From the human T2T-CHM13v2.0 reference genome, Homo sapiens, in assembly GCF_009914755.1 (NCBI RefSeq), contig NC_060928.1: a stretch of 64,000 nucleotides of DNA. One strand, given 5' to 3'. Positions 1-11,961 of this stretch are shown here, in pieces. The notes under the pieces were generated by a model, which was not told the DNA's origin, ran no database searches, and saw only the letters and a list, made by a program, of their open reading frames with translations. A program made the translations under genes and the position numbers. Position 1 is the stretch's first letter. Every line of letters begins with the position of its first letter.

Positions 1-680
1 ATAAGCAACTGCATGCAGTAAATCAAAATGCAACAAAATCTTTACCTTTTTGGTGGAAATTATTAAGTATTTTTGACTATTTTAGAAATACTGATATACA
101 AACAACATACTTGAATTTAAACATGGGCAACCTACACTTTGAGAAGCTGATTAAAATCATTTTTCACCAATAATATGACATAGGAGAGAATGCAATTAAT
201 CTAATTTTGAACCTGAGAAACAAAAACTAAAAAAAAAAAAAAGATTCAAATTATCAGTAATTGTGGAATAACCCTCCTCCCCTTTTGAATTAAGAAGAGG
301 TTTTTTCTTTTTTTTTTTTTAATTTTAAATAGTGAATTTTTTCTTGTCCTTGACAGAGACTGTGGCAGCCAGACATGGGGCCATGCTCTGATGCCCCTGG
401 TGGTAGTTCCCACTGCTTCCCAAATTCTGTCCCAGCCCCAAGGGTGAGCTCCTGTAGGATGGCAAGAAGGAGAGGGGCTGAGGCTGTATGAAAGAGGTGT
501 ACTCCTCCTCCCTCCCCCTGGAAGAAAGGAAGGACGAAAGGATGGAGATTGTTAGACCCTGTGTATGGAGGGACAAACTCACCTTTTTTAAGACATGAAA
601 AAAATATTGGCCTGTAAGCATATTGAGATACATTGCTAACACCTTTTCATTTTTCTTCTGGGCATATTTACATTTATTAT

Positions 681-2846
681 TGTATTAGTCCATTCTTGCA
701 CTGCTATAAGTAAATGCTTGAAACTGGGTAATTTATAAAGAAAGATGTTTAATTGGCTCATGGTTCCACAGGCCGTACATGAAGCATAGCTGAGGAGGCC
801 TCAGGAAACTTTCAATCATGGTAGAAAGGAAGCAGGCACATTTTGCCCAGCCAGAGCAGGAGGAAGGGAGCACAGAGGGAGGTGCTACACACTTAAATAA
901 TCAAATCTCATGAGAACTCACTATCACAGGAACAGCAGGAGGGAAATGCATCTCATGATCCAATCACCTCCTACCAGGCTCCTCCTCCCACACTGAGGAT
1001 TACAATTTGACATGAGATTTGGGTGGGAACACAAATCTAAACCATATCATTCCACCTCTGGCACCTCCCAAATCTCATGTCCTTCTCACATTGCAAAATA
1101 CAATCATCCCTCCTTAACAGTCGCCCAAGTCTTGACACATTTCAGCATTAACTCTGAAGTCCACTTTCCAAAGTCTCATCTAAGACAAGGCAAGTCCGTT
1201 CTCCCTGTGAGCCAGTAAAATAAAAAACAAGTTAGTTACTTCCAAGATACAATGACGGTACAGGCATTTGGTAAACACACCCATTCCAAAAGGGATAAAT
1301 CATCCTAAAGAGAGGGACTACAGGCCCTGTGCAAGTCTGAATCCTAGCAGGAGAGTCATTACATCTTAAAGCTCCAAAATAATCTCCTTTGACTTCATGT
1401 CTCACATCTAGGCCACGCTGATACAAGGGGTGGGGTCCCAAGGCATTTCCCCTCCGCACTGCCCTAGTAGAGGTTCTCCATGAGGGCTCCACTCCTTCAG
1501 TAGACTTCTGTCTGGACATCCAGACATTTCCATACCATACCTCCTCTAACATCTAGGCAGAGGCTCCCAAGCCTCAACTCTTGCCCTCTGCATACTCACA
1601 GGCTTAACAGCAAATGGAAGCTGCCAGGGCTTATGGCTTATACTGTCTAGAGCAACTGCCTGAGATATATCTGGGGCCGTTTTAGCTACAGCCACAGCTG
1701 GAGCTGGAGTGGCTGGGAGTCAAGGATCTGTGTCCTGAGGGTGCGCAGGGAAATGAGGCCCTGGGCCTGGCCCATGAAACCATTCTTTCCTCCTGGGCCT
1801 CTGGGTCTGAGATGGGAGGGGCTGCCATGAGGTCTCTGAAATGCCTTTGAGGCATTTTACTCATTGTCTTGGCTATTAATATTTGTCTCCTCTTTACTTA
1901 TGCAATTGTCTATAGCCAGCTTGAGTTCCTCCCCTGAAAATGGTTTTTCCTTTTCTACCACATGGTCAGGATGCAAATTTTTCAAACTTTTACACTCTGC
2001 TTCCCCTTTGAATATAAGTTCCAGTTTTCAATCATTTCTTATTCACGAATATGAGAATAGGCTGCTAGAAGCAGCCAGGCTATGTCTGGAATCCTTTGCT
2101 GCTTAGAAATTTCTTCTGCCAGATACCCTAAATCATTACTCCCAAGTTCAAAGTTCCACAGATCCCTAGGGCAGGGGCACAATGCCTCCAACCTCTTTGT
2201 GAACTCATAACAAAAGTGACCTTTGTTCCAGTTCCCAATAAGTTCCTCATCTCCATCTGAAACCTCCTCAGCCTGAACTTTGTCAGTATCAATATCAGCA
2301 TTTGGTCACAACAATTTAACAAGTACCTAGGAGGTTCCAAACTTTCCCTCATCTTCCTTTCTTCTTCTGAGCCCTCCAAACAGTTCCAACCTTTGCCTAT
2401 TACCCAGTTCCAAAGCTGTTTCCACATTTTCAGGTATCTTTATAGCAATGCCCTACTCCTGGTACCAATTTTTTGTATTAGTCTGCTCTCATACTGCTAA
2501 AAAGAAATACCTGAAGCTGGGTAATTTATAAAGAAAAGACGTTTAATTGGCTCATGATTCCATAGGCTGATCAGGAAGCATGGCTGAGGAGGCCTCAGGG
2601 AACTTTCAATCATAGTGGAAGGGAAGCAGGCACATCTTACATGGCTAGAATAGGAGGAAGAGAGTGAAGGGGGAGGTGTTACACACTTTTAAACAACCAG
2701 ATCTCATGAGAACTCACTATTGTGAGAAGAGCAAGAGGGAAATCTGTCCTCATGATCCAGTTACCTCCCACCACACCCCTCCTCCAACACTGGGGATTGC
2801 AATTTGACATGAGATTTGAGTGGGGACACAAATCCAAACCATATCA
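681..2846 (-). mobile_element. Two-LTR MaLR element (MSTA/THE1D-type LTR-internal-LTR)
   Basis: Direct LTRs at 681-1049 and 2474-2846, each tgtattagtc...aaccatatca (reverse complement of the MaLR TGATATGGTTTGG start). MST/THE1-type internal region 1050-2473. 5-bp TSD attat/ataat with one mismatch. Confidence 0.93.
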
Positions 2847-3432
2847 ATAATATATATACAGAGATAAACATATTTTAAGTATTACAGGAATTATTTATGC
2901 AGTTTTGAATCACAAATATGATTAAACTTTCTTTAAAAATATTATTTTTAATGGCTGCATAATATTCCCTAGTCTCTTTTATAATGTATCTACTTTCCTG
3001 ATGTTGAGTATTTAGTATATTTCAGACTTTTGTTATTTCAAACTCATGTTGATTTGAACAATTTTATCAATAAATCTTGGTCTGTATCTCAGATGATTTC
3101 AGTAGGAGAGATTCCTAGAAATGGATTTACTGGTCTAAGAAAGTTAACATTATAAAGCTCTTATCGCATATTACAAAAACCTTCTAAGGAAGCTTGTATC
3201 ATTCTACTTTCAGCTGGCAGTATATGGGTCTGCCAATTTCACCAAACTACCTCAACAATTGAATATTATTATTTAAAAATTACTGTTAATTTGAAAGGCA
3301 ATGATAACTATTTTAATTTGGCTTTTTTGGTTACCTATGAAGTTGAGTATCTCAATATATCAATTGATAGTCATAATTCAAGGACATTTAAACTATGCAT
3401 AAAATATATGGGATGGTTAAAAGTCAGCAATA

Positions 3433-4459
<1,027 letters not shown>

Positions 4460-4659
4460 TACAAGCTTAATGACCTTTTATAAGTAATTTCTTCTCTTTC
4501 TATAGTTTGGACGTCTGTCAAGAAGAAGGAAGAATTGCTTTTCTAGTTGTTTTGTAAGAATGTAGGAATGGTCAACTTAAATAATGAATATGTTATACTA
4601 CAGTGGCTCACTGCATGCATGTGAGTTTGAAATGTATCTCTAATACCTAATATATTTGT

Positions 4660-4812
4660 AATACTCTTAGCCTTGGTTTTCTCATGCTTAAAATCAGGTT
4701 AATAATAGAGCCTATATAGAAAGGTTGTTTTAAGAATTAAGTGAAGTAGTACATATAGTGTTTAGTAGAGGGCTTTGTGCATATCAACACCCAATAAATG
4801 CGTTATTAGTAG
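4660..4812 (+). mobile_element. MIR fragment
   Basis: MIR core and 3' end: ccttggttttctcatgcttaaaatc...ggttgttttaagaattaagtga...caataaatg. Confidence 0.7.
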
Positions 4813-4987
4813 TGTTATGTGAAAATAATATAAAACATTTCATAAATGTAAGATTTTATTTATAATTCAGATAATACGTCAATTATCCAATTTGTTTAGG
4901 GGCTTTGTTTTTTCCCTGGCATTGGTTTATGTGGAAATATTTGCAAAATTTTTAATGATAAAATGTTCTGAAAATAGTCATGAATAC

Positions 4988-7535
4988 TGTAGGGGATGAA
5001 AAGATTTTCCTCAACTCTTTTAGGGTTCTTGGCTGGATCTGAACAGAAAATTGACAGACAGATTAATAGCAGAAGAGTATGCTCTGTGGCTCAAGCTGGA
5101 GTGTGGAGTGCAGTGGCACAATTGCGGCTCAGGGCAGCCCTGAACTACAGGGCTCAAGTGATCCTCCCACCTCAGCCTTCTGAGTAGTTAGGAATACAGG
5201 TGCAAGCCACCATGTCCAGTGATTTAAATTAAGTTTTATATGACACAAGAGCCTTTATAAAAAAATAGAAATCCAAAGAATCAGTTTTAATTTTTTTGAC
5301 TCATTTATCTTTTAGCCAGTCTGAATATAACTTCAAGAAATTTTATAAATTAATTTGGTAATACCATCCAGAGGAAGAGAAACATCCCATATATTTAACA
5401 TACATACATAGGGACATACATAATCATGCAGAAAAATGCAGAACAAGCCATGTAGCTTTCATTTTAAAGTTTTAGTCATGTGTCAGGTACAATAATACAG
5501 AACTCACTCGTTTATAAAAGAATAGCTAGATCCAAATTGTGTTTCTGGTTGATGGAACAAGTTAAAGTTACCTGCCTAGATGACTAAAACTTTACTATTT
5601 GTAGAAAAGACTTTTAAGATTTTTCATCTGCCCAATTTGCTTCCAAATAACTCCTTTCCCCCAGCCTCAAGTCCAGGGGAAGATTATTTACATTTCAAAG
5701 GCATGGAGTAAGAATTTTTTCCAAGAGGGAGTTTTGGGTCATATTTTCCGATAATCAGAGCTCTAGTATAATTACTCTTTAGAAAAATTTCCCTCTTTTT
5801 CTTAAGTGTAGGACAGGTCCATTTTCCATGATCTGACCTTTTACAATATCTGCAAGCATCTTGAGATAAATAGGTGAGGTTTGGGTATTGTTAAAGAGGA
5901 TTGGTGGACTTTAAATTGCCTCTGCAGTTCCATTTCTGTTTTTGTAAAGACTCAATTTATTAGGTCAGGATAGTGACTTAATTCCTCCAAGCACTGGGTC
6001 ATAGCCTAAATGATATTAAGGGGCTGACTCATTTATCCTCTGCATTATCTTCCATTTCTTCCTTTATATCAGGGAGCAGATTACCAACTAAGAAATCAAA
6101 AGAGTCTTATGTTCTAGATTTAGAGCGGTGTGTCTTTGTTTTAATAAATTCTTCCACAAAATCTTCAGACTTTTTTTCCTCTCTGAATATATAGTTCTAT
6201 CTTAGCTTAGAAGGCCTTAAAAATGGTCCTCAGGCTCTTAATGTCAGCCTTCAATTTGACCAACTTCTGACAGTTAAAACTAATGTTATCAGGTATCAGC
6301 CAGAAAAAAATAATAAACATTCCTGGCAGCATGGAACTCCTCTCTTTCTCTCTCTTAGACCAAAGGTATCTATCAAGTGACTCAACACCAGAATGAATCA
6401 ACCTTTTATGACTTAGCCATGGATGCAAAAGGTGTCCTCAAAAGAGGGTGCAAAAAGATGCAGCCCTCTCAAGATCCAAAACCACTCCTAAGAGCCAAAA
6501 GAAATACAGGTAACTTGCGCCTGGAGAGCTGGCAACAGTTGGTATATTAGAATTGTGAACTCATATTTTTATCTTGCTATGTATTTGGGTCCCTACAACC
6601 TTTCATTTGGGCACCTGTATATGCAGACCCCATAACCTACGTGCCCCAACAAGTGGAAAGTCAAGCCAAGCAATCGAGACACAAGATGAGACAACTGGAA
6701 AGCAATAGCTGTCCTTGGGAGGGAAAGGATCAATAACTAATGGGTAACCCAACTTAACCAAATTTTTAACTAGAGTCACAATATAAAAGAACTAACTTTT
6801 AAAAGTGTTGTTTACTGCTAATCTGGATTTGGAAAGAAAAAGATTCTTACCACTTTTGCTCCACCAGGCCCTGAAGGCAGAGACTCAACACTGATGTGGT
6901 AAGAATTTTTACCTTCTGCTGGCTTTTGTCAGATGGGAAGTCCAGGATCTTTGAACAGCAGCTTCTGGACTGAGCAAGGTGTCCCCAGCTGATGTGGCCC
7001 TTCATTGGGTACCAGAAGCTCTAGGGGAGGAAGAGATTTTCCTTCACTGTCTTAGGGTTCCTGGCTGGGTTTGAAAGAAAAACTGACAGATTAACAGGAG
7101 AAACCATACCGATTTATTTAACATGTTGTATGTAACATAATAGCCTTCACAGGGAAGCAAAGACCCAAAGAAATAGTTGACTATATGTATTTTTATGCTA
7201 GGTTTGATGAAGAGTAGACAGTTTAGGAGAAAAATGTTTGGAAAGGGGTATAATCTAACAGTAGTAAACCAGGGGAAACTTAGCAAGGTTCAGATTGTTC
7301 TCTGTGTCTCTGTATCTTCAGAGAGAAGGATGTTCCTTTCCTCTGTGTATAGGGTGGGCACTTCCCACATGAGGGTCTCATGACTGGCTTCAGGAAAAGG
7401 TCGTAAAATCCTTCCTAGGTATTATGATCTGCTTCAGGGAAAAAGGATGAGAGAAGGTTAGAGAGAGCTTCCTGCTTCTGATATTTCTCAAATGCCAATG
7501 GATCATGTTGTGGGGTAGTTTTCTAAACCCCATTA
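4988..7535 (-). mobile_element. Internally deleted ERV1 provirus of the MER34/MER39/LTR49 (MER4 supergroup) type
   Basis: Complete 5' LTR at about 7021-7535 and partial 3' LTR at 4988-5286 share the end tgtagggga...agattttcc...tagggttc. On the minus strand the 5' LTR is followed by tggtacccaatgaagggc, a degenerate tRNA-Lys PBS. TSD atac/atat. Non-coding internal sequence. Confidence 0.75.
5073..5219 (-). mobile_element. Alu right-arm monomer (FRAM/AluJ-like)
   Basis: gctctgtggctcaagctggagtg...ctcaagtgatcctcccacctcagcc...ccaccatgtccag; no visible tail. Confidence 0.85.
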
Positions 7536-8380
7536 ATATAAAAATCACAGGATCCAAAAATACATTTGCTTGCAATGCATGTTACCATCAGGGATAATAT
7601 GTTATATTGAACATTCCTGATGGTATTTTCCTTATCTTTTCTAAAAATATGCAGTTAAAGAGTGAGTTCAAAATCATGAACAATGTTAACTAGGCACAAA
7701 AAACTGGACTCAAATAAATTAGCATTGCAAGTAATTCACAGAAATTAGTGCATTGAATAACATTAGGAGAAATTCACATTTTATTTATGGGTTGGGTAGT
7801 GGTTCTTTCCAAGGAAAATTTGTAACAGTGACTCTGATTGATCTTTGGTCCTGAATTTCTAAATGCAGGAACACAAAAGGTTGCTATTAACATAGCCTTG
7901 GGGAAGAAGGAAGAAAGAAACTAACAGAGTTTCCGATATTGCTCTGTCTGCACTGATATTCTGGAAAGCAAGGAAAAAATGGAGGGGAAGGTACAAATCT
8001 GCATTTTTTTTCCCCCAACAGAATGCCTCTCCTGCTATTTTCATTTAGCCCCAAGGTTTTAGAGAGATCAATACGGATACTTTCCAGGGAAGGAAATAAG
8101 ACAGGAACATGTGCCCTAGTGGAACTGCTTAGAATACTGAATAGTTTTTGACATAGCTTGATGCAGAGGCAAGGTAATACTCTCCAAGGAGAGAATTGCT
8201 ACTATAGTCTGAAGCTCATGGGGGAAAAAAGAAAAACTAAATAAAAGCTGGAGGGAAAATCAGTGGAAGTTTTTACTCCTCCCTGCCTCTCAAGTTCAAA
8301 AATAGGATGGTGAGTTGAGAATACAGGAGCTCAGAAAGAGCACTTGACTCATGAAAACTGTTTTCCACCGCATCATCACT

Positions 8381-8396
8381 ACAGCAGAGGGCAGTG
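8381..8396 (+). promoter_or_regulatory. Candidate CTCF motif
   Basis: acagcagagggcagtg matches the CCASYAGRKGGCRS core with one 5' mismatch. It lies in unique DNA, with an AP-1 site tgactca at 8345-8351. Confidence 0.45.
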
Positions 8397-9761
8397 AAAA
8401 TGCCTCTGCCTCTATTGAAAATCAAAATTCATTCTTTAGGGTAATATTTGCTTTCTTTCCTGTTTCATTTGATGGTTGCACTGCTGACATGGATTCATGA
8501 TGGTTACTAAAATATTCACTGCAAATAGCTGGGGTGAAACAGTCTCATACGCTGCTATTCTTTTACTCCTCTGGATTAACCTTTCTCAGGCAACCACAGC
8601 ATTGTAAACACCCCTCAGCATTAAATAAAAAACAGCAGTGTGCAGGTTGAAATGATTGCTTTAGCTTTTTTTCTGGACCAACGTGTGACTTGTTTTATTT
8701 GGCATTCCCCAACTGTTTAACAATCATGCACAGCTGAAAACTTTGCTTTTACTGTCTTTCCCACGTTTAATGAGGTCCAGGGAAAAATACTCATGCCTCT
8801 CTCTTTTTTTCACTTTAAAGGTCAAGATTTGAATCAGAATCAAATTTGGAAGGTCGATGTTCAAAGGTTACTGCTTTAACCTATAAAGTGTCAAGAAAAC
8901 CTGGACAATTGCATAGAGGGGCAAAAATTAAGTCAAGATTGGTTTAAAAACTTGCATGTATAATGCGACATTGTGGCTGAGAATTTAAACTCATAAAAAT
9001 CAGGAAAGTCAAAATTATGATCCTCCCAGCTATCATTATTTGTTCCTTTCACACATGATAGTATTTTATGTCCTATATTTACTGTTATATTTATGTCCTT
9101 GTATAGAATATGCCAAGTTATAGTTACTAGGGGAAGCATAACTTTCCATTTCTAACTTTCCTGCATTTTAATTCTTCAGCACAGTTAGCACTAGATTTCC
9201 TTCCTTTTCTCCTCCTTTGATTTCTTAAAGAAAAGAAAATGTTTATCATCATTAGATAATTACTCTGTGGACATATTAGTTTTATTAGCAACAATGAAGT
9301 CTTCTCTATATTTTGTTGCCATATTGACTTCTTTTCAGAAGCAAAAATATGCTTCTTGGATTTGCTTTTTTTTGTTAAATATTTCTTCTGTTTATTGGCA
9401 ATTTTATTTGTGCTAATGAGGTGACCATGCATCTCCCTATTTTAACTGTTCACTGATGTTGGGACTTAGGTATTTGTGGGTCAGGCTGCAAGGAACATAG
9501 CATGTTTCCTTTGTTGGGGAGAAGAGCTTTCTGCAGCTTACAGATGGGGTCTGCAAAATCCAGCAATCCTTTGTGGAGGAGGCAGACAGTAGCTTGGTGA
9601 CTCTCTGAAGGGTGCTGACACCCTATTCCAGCACTGTTCATAGCTTCCTATACATTGTTTTATGATTATTTCAGCAGACACTGTAAGATTTGAAAAATGA
9701 AAATAGTAAATACACATCAGCGTGCAATTTCACAAGAGTAAAAAATGTAAGAGAAAATAAC

Positions 9762-10198
9762 TGTCAGGCCTCTGAGCCCAAGCTAAGCCATCATATCCCC
9801 TGTGACCTGCACGTATACACCCAGATGGCCTGAAGTAACTGAAGAATCACAAAAGAAGTGAAAATGGCCTGTTCCTGCCTTAACTGATGACATTCTACCA
9901 TTGTGATTTGTTCCTGCCCCACCTTAACTGAGTGATTAACCTTGTGAAATTCCTTCTCCTGGCTCAGAAGCTCCCCCACTGAGCACCTTGTGACCCCTGC
10001 CCCTGCCCGCAAGAGAACAACCCCCTTTGACTGTAATTTTCCACTACCCACCCAAATCCTATAAAAAAAATGGCCCCACCCCTATCTCCCTTTGCTGACT
10101 CTTTTCTGACTCCGCCTGCCTGCACCCAGGTGAAATAAACAGCCTTGTTGCTCACACAAAGCCTGTTTTTTGGTCTCTTCACACGGACGTGTGTGACA
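9762..10198 (+). mobile_element. Solo HERV-H LTR (LTR7/LTR7B)
   Basis: Starts tgtcaggcctctgagcccaagctaagcc and ends ctcttcacacggacgtgtgtgaca. TATA (cctataaaa) and aataaa present. Perfect 5-bp TSD ataac at 9757-9761 and 10199-10203. Confidence 0.96.
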
Positions 10199-10374
10199 AT
10201 AACTAATTTTCAGTAGATTGGATATTGTTCTAGTTTCACAAAAGAAAGTGCTGCAGATTTGTGGTACAGATCATCTGAGTAATCTACCTTCACCAAACTG
10301 GGCAATAGGAATGTGTTTAGAGACAAAAAATGTCTTCAGAGTCACTTGCAGGCCCTATTTATTTAGAATGATGT

Positions 10375-10590
10375 AATATATAGTGGAAGGAATTTTGGAA
10401 TCAGATGGATCTGTATTCAAATTTTGACTCTTAATACAAAGAAATTACTTTGGATAAGTGACTTAACCTCTCTGAATCCTGATCACCTAACTTACCAAAA
10501 TGGTAATAATTGTACCTTCTCATAGAGTGTATAAAGATTGAGTAATATATATAAATCAGCTATCACACAGCAGGTTCTCATAAATGTACA
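10375..10590 (+). mobile_element. MIR
   Basis: ttggaatcaga...gtattcaaat...ggataagtgacttaacctctctgaatc core. Confidence 0.75.
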
Positions 10591-10599
10591 GCAGTGTGA

Positions 10600-10830
10600 T
10601 GAGATGCAAGACTGCCTGGGTTTGAATTCAGGCTGTGCCCCTCAGTAGCTGTGTGATCATGGGCTAGTTGGTCAATCTCTTGTTTCACTTTTCTTATCTG
10701 TAAAATAGGGATAACCATAGTCCTTATATCATGGACTTCTTGTGAAGACTAGTTGATGATTATACCAGTTTAGGTAAATCACTTAGAACAGCGCCTGGCA
10801 TATCTTAAGCACTATATTGATGTTAGCTAA
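10600..10830 (+). mobile_element. MIR (second, adjacent copy)
   Basis: gactgcctgggtttgaat...tagctgtgtgatcatgggc...tatctgtaaaataggg...cacttagaacagcgcctggcata. Confidence 0.85.
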
Positions 10831-11650
10831 TAACGCCATTGCTCCTTTCTAGATATAAAAACTGATCTGAGAAATTTCTTTCTTATTAGACTTTCTGAAA
10901 AATTTCCAAATTACCTAATTTGCTTTCCAGCATTTGGAATTTTCCCCCATGAAAAATAATTCACTTTTAACTTATCTCCAATATCTGGTAAAATCGATGG
11001 GTATTTGAGTCTAGAGTTACAAACAAAGGCAAAGCTTTGCCCAGCTTTGTTATGATGACACTAATTGCCATCATGGCACCTTATAAAACCATTTTTTCTT
11101 AATATACCTTTCAGAAATCTTATTAATTAGTCAGATTTTGATTTACCTTATTTAAATCATGACTTTGCACAAATTACCATAAAAATAAATGCCCCCAAAT
11201 TTAATATAAATTGTTGATCTTTAATTATATTGTTACCTTCCTTAGAAACAATATATATACTTATTCTTGATCACATAAATGTTATCTTATAAATAGCTCT
11301 TCTTTCTTTGCTTTTGGCATTTCTTCAACCCTTACTTAGTCTTTAAGTACAATTTCTTTGCTTTTCAGATTTAACTCTCCTAATACTTGCCTTCCTTTAA
11401 GCCTCAAGCATGTAACTCACTCATTTCTTCATATTCATGAAACACTTTGATTTCTTTGGCAAAAATCTACTTGATAGCTAAGAAATTGTTTATTCACTTT
11501 TATTGTTGCTTTATTTAATGAATATTTATTGAGCACCAGGGACTAGGGGTATTTATGTTATGCCAGGGACTAGGCGTATTTAGAACATGCGCTAGGCTTG
11601 GATATAGTGGTATTCCTAACCTTTCCATGGTGCTTTTACAAATTCCATAT

Positions 11651-11961
11651 CAGTGCTGTCCAGGAGAAGTATAACGCAAGCCAAATGTGCAATTTTAAAT
11701 TTTCTTTTAGCCATATTTAAAAAGTGAAAAGGAAACAGGTGACATTAATTTTAATAATACATTTAACCTCATATATCCAAAGTTTTATTTCGCCATAAGA
11801 ATTATTTAAAAACTGATGAGATATTTTCCATTCTTTTGCGTACTAAGTCTTTAAAATCTGATGTGTATTTTACATGTACAGCACATTTAAATTCTGACTA
11901 GCCATATTTCTATTGCTCAATAGATGCATAGAGCTGTTAGCTACCAAACTGAACAGCACAG
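11651..11961 (-). mobile_element. MER33 (hAT-Charlie)
   Basis: TIRs cagtgctgtcca ... tgaacagcacag; internal aaacaggtgacattaattttaataata and gtactaagtcttt...gtgtattttaca. Confidence 0.9.

Noticed and set aside
601-612. aaaatattggcc identical to the arm of the palindrome at 46973
   Set aside because: A single AT-rich 12-mer match 46 kb away with no flanking similarity is expected by chance.
325-642. 105-aa minus-strand ORF in a slightly GC-richer patch
   Set aside because: No recognisable domain, low-complexity composition and no supporting exon structure.
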